Positions 11,810-23,444 of a stretch of DNA of 64,000 nucleotides are shown here, one piece after another. Positions within the stretch are counted from its first letter, which is position 1, and every line of letters begins with the position of its first letter. The notes under the pieces were generated by a model. It had not been told where the DNA came from, made no database searches, and saw nothing but the letters and a program-made list of their open reading frames with translations. Source of the stretch: Mobula hypostoma (taxonomy: Eukaryota); contig NC_086101.1 of the NCBI RefSeq assembly GCF_963921235.1, positions 372,001 to 436,000 of the forward strand, written 5' to 3'. The translations under genes were made by a program, and so were the position numbers.

Positions 11810-14800
11810 ATAACCATAAGACCACAAGACACAGGAGCAAAATTAGACCATTTTGCCCATCGAGTCTGCTCCACCATTCAATCATGACTGATCCTATTTT
11901 CCTCTCCTCAGCCCCACTCCCAGCCTTCGCCCTGTAACATTTGACACTACGTTCAATCTAGAAACTGTCAAGCTCTGTCTTCAATACACCCAACGACAGC
12001 CTCCACAGCTGCCTGTGGTAACAAGTTCCACAAATTCACCACCCTCTGGCTCAAGAAATTTCTCCGCATCTCTGTTTTAAATCGAGGCCTATCTATCGTC
12101 GGGCTGTGCTCTGTTGTCCTAGCCTCTCCCACCATGGGAAACATCCTTTCCACATCTACTCTGTCCAGGCAGTTCAACATTCCAAAGGTAACAATGAAAT
12201 CCCCCATCATCTTTCAAAATTCAGAAGTATAGACACAGAGCTATCAAACGTTCCCAGTATGATAACCCTTTCATTCCTGCAATCATCCTTATGAACTGAA
12301 ACCTCTGCAATGCCAGCACATGTTTTCTTAGATGAGGAGACCAAAACTGTTCACAATACTCAAGGTAAGGCCTCACCAGTGCTTTATAAAGCCTCAGCAT
12401 CACATCACTGTTCTTGTATTCTAAACTCCCTGAACTGAATGCTAACAATGCATTTCCTTCCCTCACCACTGACTCTACTTGCAAGTTAACCTTTTGGGTG
12501 CTCTGCAGAAGGACTCCTAAGTCCATTTTCATCTCAGCTTTTTGGATTTTCTTCTCTTTTAATAAAATAATCCGCGCATTATTTCTACGACCAAAGTTCA
12601 TGACCATGCATTTTCCAACATTGTATATCATTTGCCAATTTCTTGCCCATTCTCCTCATTCAAATCTTGAGCAGCCTACCTGTTTCCTTATCACTACCTG
12701 CCCCTCCATCAATCTTTGTCTCATCTGCAAAATGATCAGCTGTCATTGATACACAGCATAAAAAGAAGTGATCCCAACCCCGACCCCTGCAGAACACCAC
12801 TAGTCACAGGCAGCCAACCAGAAAATGATTCCTTTACTCTCATTCGCTGTTTCCTACCAATTAGCGAATGTTCTGACCAAGCCAGTAACCTTTCTGTAAT
12901 ACCGTGGGCTCTTAAGTTGGTAAGCAGCCTTGTGTGTGCCACCTTGTCAAAGGCCTTCTGAAATTCCAAATATACAACATCCACTACATCCCCTTTATCT
13001 AACCTACTTATAAACCGCTCAAATAATTCCAACAGGTTTATCAGGGAAGATATCCCCTTAAGGAAGCCATGCTAACTTGTCCAATCTTGTCCAGTGTCAT
13101 CAAGTATTCCAAAACTTCATATTTAACAATTGACACTAACTTCTTCCCAACCACAGAGGTGAGGCTAACTGGTCTATAATTTCTTTTCTGACGCCTTTAT
13201 CCCTACTTGAAGAGTTGAGTGACATTTGCAATTATCCAGTCCTCTGGCATCATGCCAAGGTCCAATGATTTTTGAAATATTATTACTAATGCTCCACAAT
13301 GTCTACCGCTACCTCTTTCAGAACATCAGGGTGCAGTTCATCTGGTCAGGGTGACTTGTCTACCTTTCCGTCTTTCAGCTTTTTGAACACCTTCTCCCTT
13401 ATAATCGTAACTGCACTCACTTCTCTTCCCTCGCACCCTTCAACATCTGGCACAGTGCTAGTGTCTTCCACAGTGAACACTGATGCAGAATGCTCATTTA
13501 ATTCAACTGTCATCTTTTTATCCCCCGTTATTATATATCCGGCCTAATTTTCTAGCAGTCCTATATCCACTCTCATCTCATTTACTTATTTTCCCCTCCC
13601 AATCATTCTTTTAGTTGCTCTCGGTGGATATTTATAAGCTTCCCAATACTCGTCTTTCTGCTCATTTTTGCTTTGTTGTATGCCCTTTCTTATGCTTTTA
13701 AGTTAGCTTGTCTTCCCTTGTAAGCCACGGGTGTACTATTTTGTCATTTGAGTACTTACTTATTTTTGGAACACATCTATTCTTCACCCTCCTCATTTTC
13801 CCAGAAACTGTCATAATTTCATGCGCTGCTGTCATCCCTGCCAGCGTCTTCTTCCAATTTACTTCGGCCAACTCCTCTGTCAGACTACTGTAATTACAAC
13901 GTCAGACTTGACTTTCTGCTTATCAGATTTCAAATTGAACTCAGTCACGTCGTGAGCACTGTGTCCAAAGTGCTCTTTTACCTAATCACCTCAGGTTCAA
14001 TACATAATACCCTATCCAGTAGAGCGGTTCCCCTACTAGGCGCAATGACAAACTGCTCTAAAAAGCCATCACATGGCATTCAACAAATTCACTCTCTTGA
14101 GATCCATTACCAACCTAATTTTCTCAATTGACCTGCATACTGAAATCTGTGGCTAACTTTCTAGCTACTGTTGGGATGCCTATATATGACTGCCATCAGT
14201 GTCATTTTTACTTCTTCAGTTCCTTAATTCAACCCACAAGGATTCAACATCTTCCAATCCAACATCATACCTTTCTACTGATTTACCAGCTGACTCAAGT
14301 CACCCCCTCTACCTACCTCCCTGTACCACCGACACATTGTGTAAACTTGAATATGCATCTCCCAACTACAACTATCGTTGAGCCCCGATTCAGTGACGGC
14401 CGCAGCATCATGCCTGACAATCTGTTATAGTGCAACAAGATCAGCCACTTATTTCTTATACTCCATGTATTGAGATTTAACACTCTGTGTACTGTATCTG
14501 CTACCCTTTTTAATTCTGCATCCTAATGCACTAATATTCCCCATGCTGACTACAATTTTGTCCTCTCATCTGTCCGCCCTATCTGACAGTCTGATTGCAC
14601 GGTATTTTTGCATTTTTACCATCAGTCCTGTCCCTTCACTCCAGTTCCCAACACCCCCCCCCACCATATTTGCTTAAACTCTCCCCAACAGCTCTATCAA
14701 ACCTCTCTGTGAGAATATTGTTCTCCCTCGGGTCCAGGTGCATCACCTTTGAACGGGTCATACCTCAACCAGAAGAGACCCCAATTATCCAAAAAACTGA

Positions 14801-15185
14801 AGCCCTGACCCCTGCACCATCCTCTCAGCCATCTTTAATCTACTAAATTACCCTGTTTCTACTCTCACCAGCACTTGGCACAGGCAACAATCCAGTAGTT
14901 ACAACCCTGGAGGTACTGCTCTAAGCTTTCTACCAAGCTCTCCAAATTCTATTTTCGGGATCTCTTTGTTTTTACTTCCAATGTCATTGGTCCCAAAATA
15001 TACCAAGTTATCCGGCTGTTCTCCCTCCCTCTCTAAAATGCTGCAGACACGATCCGAGGCGTCGCTGACCCTGGCACCGAGGAGGCAACCAGCCACGCGG
15101 GTATCCCGTTCATGTCCACAGATTCTCCTGTCTGTTTCCCTGGTGATTGAGTCCCCTATCACTACTGCTCCCCTCTTCTGCCTCT
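11810..15185 (-). mobile_element. Old degraded CR1 LINE including an ORF1 SGNH-esterase remnant
   Basis: Fragmented RT ORFs (12736..13032, 12221..12631, 11968..12210) and IGDSITRETDRRICG...CLLGARV (14899..15162), which is typical of the CR1 ORF1 esterase. Confidence 0.82.
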
Positions 15186-15647
15186 AAAAACAGTGAGAGT
15201 TGCTGATCGAGAAGAGGGGAAGACCTGCGTCAATCAGAGTCTGCACTCACAGGCACATGAAGGACTTGTGTATTTTCCTGACAATCCCGTTAACTATACT
15301 GATACCCACTTCTATTCCCTACAATATCATCAAGTCAGTATTAATTTTCCAGCTGCTATGGTAAGATTCAAACTCATGCCTTGGCGTGTTAGTACAGTGT
15401 GCCTGGGATCAGGACACAGTGGTTCATCTGCCAGTCCCATGTATTAGTTGTATTGTGACCCTGTGCTAGTGTGCTCAGGGGTCTGACGTCTCTAGCTGAC
15501 CATGTGACAGTGATGCCTCCCAGTCGGCCGGGTTGATGTGGAATAAACTTGTTACCCTTTAGCCCGGTACTACAGCCAATCTTTGCCTCAAATTATAATT
15601 TAATTGTGTTTCATAAACAAGGAGAAATAAATCTTTGTAAGGTTTAC

Positions 15648-15766
15648 CTCGATTAATAGCATCAAGTGTTTCCCTCAGCACTGTGTTCAACAAATAGGGG
15701 TGATTGAATTTTTCAACCGGTAGGGCCTCATCTGTCACTGACAATTCCTGGACATCATCATTAATC
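15648..15766 (-). CDS. TRIM gene, coding exon 5 (119 nt, linker)
   Basis: ttacag|G ATT AAT GAT ... AAT CGA G|gtaaac, encoding INDDVQELSVTDEALPVEKFNHPYLLNTVLRETLDAINR; phases fit both neighbours. Confidence 0.88.
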
Positions 15767-15853
15767 CTGTAAGTATTAAATTGATGGTTGTAAACTGGAA
15801 TTTTGAACTAATTTACAAATCCATCCAGGGTTTCAGTAAAGAGTAGGTCCTAC

Positions 15854-15876
15854 CTCTTGTTCCGTCGAGCTTCCTC
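15854..15876 (-). CDS. TRIM gene, coding exon 4 (23 nt)
   Basis: ttcag|GAGGAAGCTCGACGGAACAAGAG|gtagga; a 23-nt micro-exon is characteristic of class IV TRIMs. Confidence 0.85.
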
Positions 15877-17217
15877 CTGAAATAAATAAAAACACATCTG
15901 TTTAGACTTGGACTTACTGTCCACATCCGGAATTTCATCCAAATCATTGCAAGGTGTTGAAAATTCCCACTCCCGCAGTCACTCACACACAGAGAGAATA
16001 CAGAACCAGGGGGTAAATTACAAAGAATGTTTCTGCAAATTCGATCATAACTGAGAGGATGAAACTTACAGAAGAGACAAGACAGATTGTGCATTTTCAT
16101 CAGGATAAGACGTCAGAATGATAAAATGGAGGAATTTAAGATTAGTGATAGATTTGATTGTGTGCAGGTGGGAAAAGTATCTCTATTTATAGGGCGATGA
16201 AATTCCAGATGGATTTTAATAAACCCCATAAGAAATTTAGTTAAGAGGATTTGGAACTCACTGCCACAGGAGTGATTGAAGCGGAACAGCAGAGACGGAA
16301 TATAATGGGGAAACTGGATAAAAACATGAGGGACCATGGAGTTCGGGCACTGTTGCTGGGTGTGGTGAGCAGGTGGGTGGAGGCTTGTGAAGCAGGGAAA
16401 CTGATAGGAGAGGATAGATCGAATGGCCTGTTATGATGGAGACTGGGAATTAATGCCATGTGAAATTTGTCTGACAAAGTAAAGGAACAGTGAATGTTTC
16501 CCCAATCTGATGGAAACCGGATGTCGAGGATAAGCCTGATGTGTGTGTCTGTGTGTGTGTGGGGGGGGGGTCACATTCTTTGTTTTCACTGATTGACAGA
16601 GAGACCCTCACACCTACTGCACCAGACACACTCACAGCCTACGACTGGAACTGGGTATTAATGGGAGTTTTATGGGATATTTAATGGGGAATCATTTCCC
16701 AGAAGAGGCTCTTTCCGTTTATATTAGGAGAGATAAATACGACAGGACATGACTTTAGGGTGAAAGGGGAAAGATTTGGGGGAACATTAGGGGGAACTTC
16801 TTTACTCAGAGAGTAGTGGGAGTGCGGAATATGCTGTCAGCTTACATGGTAAGTGCTGGCTCACTCTTAAGCTTTAAGAACAAATTGGAAAGATACATGG
16901 ATGGCAACACACATCAAAGTTGCTGGTGAACGCAGCAGGCCAGGCAGCGTCTCTAGGAAGAGGTACTGTCGACGTTTCAGGCGGAGACCCTTCGTCAGCT
17001 TCTTGCCGATAAAGGATCGAATAAATATCTTCGACAATTTGGAACGTCATTACTGGAGTAATTGGAGGGCGCGTCATGCAAGTATAACAATATGTGCGAG
17101 GTCGCCAGCAGCGGCAATTGATTTGTTAGAACTGACGGCTGTGTTGTGTTTATTTCAAATATACCACTGTTAACTTCGTGCCCTTCGACAGAAACAAATT
17201 GAAATATAATCACTCAC

Positions 17218-17451
17218 CTTGAGAAATATCACACTGTCTTTTTGATCCATCTGTTTCTTTATGTTAGTGATTTCTTCCTGAATAAGCCTTATATTCTCTT
17301 GAATCTCCAGAAGGTTTTTCTCCATTGGATTTAAAATCCTCTCCTCTTCATTCCTGAGATCTCTGAGTAAGCTCTGCTCTTTCTCAGTGATAATCTGGCG
17401 CAGTTCGTCAAACTGTGATGTGATGTGAGACTGAACGCTGTGTGTCTGTTC
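17218..17451 (-). CDS. TRIM gene, coding exon 3 (234 nt, coiled coil)
   Basis: gacag|EQTHSVQSHITSQFDELRQIITEKEQSLLRDLRNEEERILNPMEKNL...DQKDSVIFLK|gtgagt; open frame of 78 codons. Confidence 0.92.
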
Positions 17452-17619
17452 CTGTCGAATGAAAGGTGAAGATTGCTTTTCTGTGTTGTTGTGTTGTATT
17501 TCCTGCTGACTTTAAGGAGACCATTCTAGAGTACATGCCAGTTCGGAGAGCATTCTTGTCAACATCATTCCGTCACGTTTTCCTGAAGCCTATTCTCCCC
17601 ATTGACCCATTAACTCCCA

Positions 17620-17800
17620 CCTGATTCACATACACACTCCCTACCTACACGGGGTTAATTGTAATTAACGATTCATCCAGTATGTCCTTGGGATGTGTCG
17701 GAAACTGTCGTGGTCACAGGGAGAGCATGCAAACTCCGCACAGACAGCACCAGAGGTCAGGATCGAACCCAGGTCACTGGAACTGTGACACTCTGCTGTT
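17620..17800 (-). mobile_element. tRNA-derived V-SINE-like element (degenerate)
   Basis: The minus strand has a B-box-like GGGTTCGATCC (17760-17770) followed by a V-domain-like GCGGAGTTTGCATGCTCTCCCTGTGACC. Confidence 0.55.
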
Positions 17801-17860
17801 CTGCATTAAAGGGAGAAAATCTCTACAGTAAAATCAGAAATTCCGCTCAGGAACCCTCAC

Positions 17861-17956
17861 CCGAACTCCAGAAATCTTCTCTTTCTGTTGCTGCTCCTTT
17901 TCCTGGAAATCTGATTTCTTTTTTGTGAGAGAGTCCAAGGAAGATTTTAGCTGATC
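17861..17956 (-). CDS. TRIM gene, coding exon 2 (96 nt, coiled coil)
   Basis: ttccag|DQLKSSLDSLTKKKSDFQEKEQQQKEKISGVR|gtgagg; the canonical 96-nt TRIM exon. Confidence 0.92.
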
Positions 17957-18029
17957 CTGGAAGTCAGAGAGCGAAGGAAATAGAAACAAAGATACAGCAA
18001 AAGAAACAGGTGATTAAACCCGATTTTCA

Positions 18030-18600
18030 CACAGAAAATGTTGGAGAAACTCAGTGAGTCAGGCAGCATCTATGGAGGGGCAATAAGCAGACGGTGATCC
18101 GGAGGAAACATTTCATTGGTCCTTGATTCGGTCTGGGAAAGGAAGGGGCGGAAGCCAGAATAAAAAGGTTGGCGATGAGCGCCAGCTGGCAGCTGTGACA
18201 ACATGAGGGGGAGCGTGGGGGAGGTGATGAAGTAAGAAGCTGAGACGGGACAGGTGGAAGAGGCAAAGAGCCGAAGGGGGATTCTGATACAAGAGGGCAA
18301 TCGACCATGGAAGAAACGGGAGGAATTGGGGTTGTTTGGGCCCTGAATGGTGACTAGGGAAGAGATGTAGGAGTCAGATGTAGCACTTGTCCCACTTACA
18401 GGTGTCAGTGCCAGGAGGGAGATCAGTGGGGAGGAGCGAGTGCAAAAGGGCGATACAGTACGGGGAGCGATTCCGACAGAGAGCGGAGAGTTGTGGGGTG
18501 TGGGATGGGCTGTGGATAGAATCCCGTTGGGGATGGCGAAAGTTTCAGAGAATGATGTGTTAGCTTTGGAGGCTCACGTGATGGTATGTAGGTCAAGAGA
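18030..18600 (-). mobile_element. Degraded, internally deleted Penelope-like fragment
   Basis: Terminal-repeat-like start (GGAGAAACTCAGTGAGTCAGGCAGCATC), and 18340-18590 is similar to 5930-6200 of the Penelope element. Confidence 0.6.
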
Positions 18601-18635
18601 AAATGTGTTGAGTATCAAATTCGGGTTAGTTTTAC

Positions 18636-19046
18636 CTTGTAGATTTTAACAGCTTCTTTAATCGGCATGAAGCGGTGCTCCCTGTGTTCCTGCGCATCTC
18701 TACAGATCAGACAGATCAGTGTCTTGTCCGTATCACAAAACAGCCTCAGTTGTTCCTCATGCTCCTCGCAGTGAAGGTTACGTTCCTTCCCTTTCAGATT
18801 CAGGTTTAGATTTCGAGCTTTTTCAGCCAGATTTGCTAAGGCCCAACTGACCCTGAGGGTGCGGTTAGCAAACAGCTCTCTACATTCCGGGCAAGAGTTT
18901 CTCTCCTCCCTTTCCCAATACCGTGTGATACAAGAGCGACAGAAGTTGTGTCCACACTCCAGTGACACCGGATCGGCGAAGAAATCCAGACAGACGGAAC
19001 AAATTGCCTCATCGGTTAAGCTTTCGACCGGTCCTTTCGCAGCCAT
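18636..19046 (-). CDS. TRIM gene, coding exon 1: C3HC4 RING + B-box 2 (TRIM39/TRIM27/nuclear factor 7-like E3 ligase; spliced CDS 1437 nt, 478 aa)
   Basis: MAAKGPVESLTDEAICSVCLDFF...CGHNFCRSC...CPEC and CEEHEEQLRLFCDTDKTLICLIC...H..H; donor AAG|gtaaaa. Exons 411+96+234+23+119+554 nt give an open frame. Confidence 0.94.
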
Positions 19047-19058
19047 GTTAACTCCCGG

Positions 19059-19088
19059 CACTTCCTGATTTAGAATGCTTTCACTTTC
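19059..19088 (-). promoter_or_regulatory. IRF element/ISRE (GAAAGTGAAA) next to an ETS site (CAGGAAGTG) upstream of the TRIM ATG
   Basis: tttcactttc at 19079-19088 and cacttcctg at 19059-19067, 13-42 nt upstream of the start codon. Confidence 0.6.
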
Positions 19089-20114
19089 GGGGAGCGACCG
19101 ATCCCTTGCAGTACCGCGATTGTCCACTACACGCGCTGCAGACTCGGGGAATTAAAATGATGTCGCTGTCTGTGGGAAGGGATTGTGGTATCTATATCAG
19201 GGAGGGATCAGAAACAGATTATGCAGGTCGAAGCAAAAATGAAAATTCAGCCATGGACTGCCCAAGCCCGGCTGCAAAAGGAGGAGGGTCAGGAACGCGG
19301 CTAGCAACCCCATCCCGTAAAAACCCAGTGAGACAGAAACATCAACTGAATCTCCACAGTCTCATCCCTGCAAACGGCAGGACTTTCCCCTGGAAGACGA
19401 AAGAAGTCGTGTGGTGAAAGCAGAGGCCACTGGGTCAATCAACCCTCGGAGAGATGCTGTTGGCGGCCTGTGACCCAGTAGGCGTGATGGGCTAAGGAAG
19501 AAGCAGAACAGAAATGAAGCCGGAGAGAAGAGCCTGGTTCAGTCTGAGGCAGGACTGAAAGGGGAAAGTTCTGAAAAGAGAGGCACAAAGAGATTGCAGA
19601 TACTGGAATCTCGAGTAGGAAACATGAGACCGGAGGAACTAAGCTGTTCAGGCAGCAACTGTGGAGAGAAATGTACAATCGACTTTCCTTCACCTGGACT
19701 GTCTCAACCCGAAATGTCGATTCTCCATTTCCCTCCGCAGATGCTGCCTGACCCGCTGAGTTCCTCCAGTAGCTCATTTTAATTTTTCTGGTGAGAGTCT
19801 GGCTGGGTCGTGAAACGGTAGTTAAGTAAGTATTTGAAGTCTCTTTTAAATTAGTTCATGCCATAAAACTGGGAATGTGGAGAGAATATTGTGCTGTGAG
19901 GAGACAGATGCAGTGGTGATGACCGACCTGTGGCTGCAGGGAAAAGCGCAGGACTGGACATTCTACATCAGAGGGTAGAAAATATTATTATTTTCGGTGA
20001 AATCCTGATTTCAACGGCCCCTCGTGAAGAAACTTCCTGACTGAACTCATGTCCGTCCCGGCTCCAATGGAAGGCCCGGTTCCATCAGTCTGGACACTGC
20101 CCAAAAGTTGCTAT

Positions 20115-22080
20115 TTTTATCAAAGTAAACTTTATTCACCATAAAAATATTGACAGTGATACACCGTGCCGTGCCGTTACCCAATGAATTAAGATTCGTT
20201 GTCTATGAGGTATCTGGTGTTCTTTTACATTCGTTAGAATCGATAGAGCTGTTGTCGCCCCTGTGGTGTTTCACTACTTCAGTAATTGAGAGGCTTCCTC
20301 AGCCAACCCGGCCCCTCTTTCAGTAGTAGAGGGACTCTGTAATTTCAATGGTGTCCCTGCAGCCTGGAATGTGCCAGTCAGCAGTATTCCTGTACGACAG
20401 AGTTTCCCAACTTTTCTCATGCTCTACGGACATCTCGATGTGTTGGCAGACCAATAAGTTTCGGGCATCTTTCACCGAGTTGATGGTCATAGAACATAGA
20501 ACATAGAATAGTATAGCACAGTACAGGCCCTTCGGCCCACAATGTTGTGCCGACCCTCAAACCCTGCCTCCCATATAAGCCCCCACCTTACATTCCTCCA
20601 TATGCCTGTCTAGTAGTCTCTTAAACTTCACTAGTGTATCTGCCTCCACCACTGACTCAGGCGGTGCATTCTATGCACCAACCACTCTCTGAGTAAAAAA
20701 ACCTCCCTCTAATATCCCCCATGAACTTCCCACCCCTTACCTTAAAACCGTGTCCTCTTGTATTGAGCCGTGGTGCCCTGGGGAAGAGGCGCTGGCTATC
20801 CACTCTATCTATTCCTCTTATTATCTTGTACACCTCTATCATGACTCCTCTCATCCTCCTTCTCTCCAAAGACTAAAGCCCTAGCTCCCTTAATCTCTGA
20901 TCATAATGCATACTTCCTAAACCTGGCAGCATCCTGGTAAATCTCCTCTGTACCCTTTCCGATGCTTCCACATCCTTCCTATAGTGAGGTGACCAGAACT
21001 GGACACAATACTCCAAGTGTGGTCTAACCAGAGTTTTATAGAGCTGCATCATTACATCGAGACTCTTAAACTCTATCCCTCGACTTATGAAAGCAAACAC
21101 CCCATAAGCTTTCTTAATTACCCTATCCACCTGTGAGGCAACTTTCAGGGATCTGTGGACATGTACCCCGAGATCCCTCTGCTCCTCCACACTACCAGGT
21201 ATCCTGCCATTTACTTTGTACTCTGCCTTGGAGTTTGTCCTTCCAAAGTGTACCACCTCACACTTCTCCGGGTTGAACTCCATCTGCCACTTCTCAGCCC
21301 ACTTCTGCATCCTATCAATGTCTCTCTGCAATCTTTGACAATCCTCTGCACTAGCTACAACACCACCAACCTTTGTGTCGTCTGCAAACTTGCCAACCCA
21401 CCCTTCTACCCCTACATCCAGGTCGTTAACAAAAATCACGAAAAGTAGAGGTCCCAGATCAGATCTTTGTGGGACACCACTAGTCACAATCCTCCAGTCT
21501 GAATGTACTCCCTCCACCACCACCCTCTGCCTTCTGCAGGCAAGCCAATTCTGAATCCACCTGGCCAAACGTCCCTGGATCCCATGCCTTCTAACTTTCT
21601 GAATAAGCCTTCCAGCAGCACTTGATGTCCGTTTTCCTGTGCGTCTTGGGAACAGCCCGAGGATCAGTGAGCGTTCTGTCACGCGGCTGCTGTGGCACAG
21701 GCCCTTGCATCTTTCTCCACATATCTTCGCCAGCCCGCAGTCCGCAAAGAGGTGAGTAACCGTTTCGTCTCCACTGCAGTAATCTCGGGGCAGCGCGCTG
21801 TGGGAGTGATCTCCGGGCATGTAGCAAGGATCAAACTGGGAGGGCCCCTCTCACGGTCAGCCAGGTAATGTCTTGGTGCCTGTTGGTGTGATCTGGTGAT
21901 GAGGCATCCTGTCAGATGGTCTGGACTCTCTGCTCAGGGAACCACTCCACTGTGTCCATCCAGTCCTTCTCCTGTAGTAACTGCAGGACATTCCGCGCTG
22001 ACCTTTGTCTGAAGTTCCTGTGGTCAAAGCTGCTGGTTTGAAAGGTTCACATGGATCACGACGAACAAAGTAGTTCATCG
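20115..22080 (-). mobile_element. L1/Tx1-clade LINE 3' fragment, split by a CR1 insertion
   Basis: The minus strand encodes WLTVRGALP, ETVTHLFADC (C-terminal zinc-knuckle region) and CCWK|TINSVKDA...RNLLV across the CR1. AATAAA plus an A-rich end at ~20115-20140. Confidence 0.7.
20488..21610 (-). mobile_element. 5'-truncated CR1 LINE (third family, (CATAGAA)n tail)
   Basis: RT motifs in ORFs 20873..21820 and 20657..20869; tail at 20488-20510. Confidence 0.92.
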
Positions 22081-22089
22081 CCCTCTTCA

Positions 22090-22320
22090 TGAACCGGCAC
22101 AAAGTATTGGACTCGGCCCAGTACATCATGGGTGGAGCTCTCGCAAACATCGAGCACATCTACATGAAACTCTGTCGTAGCAAATCAGCATCCATCTTCA
22201 GAGATGCTCACCAACCAGACCAGGCTCTTTTCACACTGCTGCAATCGGGTAGACGGTACAAAAGCCTCAGGATTCGCACCAGGTTCAGACCTCAACACCT
22301 CAACCATCAGGCTCTTGGAC
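22090..22320 (+). mobile_element. Rex1/Babar-type LINE 3' fragment
   Basis: KVLDSAQYIMG...IEHIY...ALFTLLQSGRRYKSLR matches the Rex1-type ORF C-terminus (LLPSGRRYRS). Confidence 0.65.
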
Positions 22321-22683
22321 AATACAGGAGAAATGCACTGACGTGCTCATCCATTGCAATGCTCCCGCACCAATTATCGCACTGGGCCTGTCTCAGAATT
22401 AGAGAAATAAGAGGTGCTCTGACCGGGACAGAGTATCTCACAGGGTATTTACAGGGTAGGGGCAGGAACGATGTCTCCCCCGGCTGGGGAGACTTACAGA
22501 CTCAATATCCGAGGTCCCCACCCAGAGTGCAGTGAATCTTTGGAATTTTCTCGACAAGGATTCTAAATTCAAGGAGCAAATTTAGTGGCTCCGCGATGCT
22601 GGGAAAGTTGCAGGAACGTGGCGCTGAGGTCAAAGGTCGGGCATGTTCTGAGTGACAGGCAGAACAGCACAAGGGGTCAATGG

Positions 22684-22908
22684 AAACATCCCTCCCGCCC
22701 TTACCCTGTCAGTACCCTGTGAGACTCTGTCTGTCTCAGTCACTTAAAACATCCTTCCCGCCCCTACCCTGTCAGTACCCTGTGAGACTCTGTCTGTCTC
22801 AATCACTTAAAACATCCATCCCGCCCTACCCTGTCAGTACCCTGTGAGACTCTGTCTGTCTCAGTCACTTAAAACATCCCTCCCGCCTTACCCTGTCAGT
22901 ACCCTGTG
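22684..22908. repeat. Tandem repeat, ~63-bp unit x ~3.6
   Basis: The unit AAACATCCCTCCCGCCCTTACCCTGTCAGTACCCTGTGAGACTCTGTCTGTCTCAGTCACTTA starts at 22684, 22747, 22810 and 22872. Confidence 0.95.
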
Positions 22909-23268
22909 TTGTGCCCACAGAAAAAGTGAGTTTTGGAGGATCGATCAGGCTGATCGATCAGTGGCTCTCACAGTGTGAAAAGGGTGTGACCGGTGGAGAG
23001 TTATTCTAGTGTCCATCCCTCGCCTGGATTGATAATTCCACCACAGGAAAAAACGGTGAACTTTGTTGTTGTCACAGTCGGTGACTTCCAAAGGATTTTG
23101 GAGGACAACGGGAAGATTGACGGCGTCAGCTCACCTGAAGACTCAAATCTCTCTCTCTCTCTCCATCACTACTCAACTAAATTCCACAAACTGAACTGAA
23201 CTTTACTCATCATCGTAAGACTATCTATTATTCCTCTAGACCTGAACAAAGTTGGTTTTCATATATTT

Positions 23269-23321
<53 letters not shown>

Positions 23322-23444
23322 CACACAATCTTTGCTAACCTGTTTGCGTAGTTACTACTAAATACCATTAGCTAATAGCAATACTAGACTCCAAAGTGTT
23401 TTCCATTTCTGCTGGTTCTTTAACCCGTGACAGTGTACGTGACA
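22909..23444 (+). mobile_element. Possible solo/partial LTR containing an (AC)n microsatellite
   Basis: Non-coding block ending ...GTACGTGACA with an internal (AC)n at 23271-23326. No TSD or internal domains were found. Confidence 0.35.

Noticed and set aside
19047..19127. N-terminal extension MDNRGT... of the TRIM
   Set aside because: It begins at a non-ATG codon. The ATG at 19046 has good context (AACATGG) and the usual spacing to the RING.
19240..19505. Possible RTE-derived non-autonomous element and a kappaB-like GGACTTTCCCC upstream of the TRIM
   Set aside because: Family assignment rests on vague resemblance only, and the kappaB match is imperfect.
22684..22908. CRISPR-like array
   Set aside because: The units are head-to-tail with no unique spacers, no cas genes are present, the context is eukaryotic, and the unit derives from CR1.
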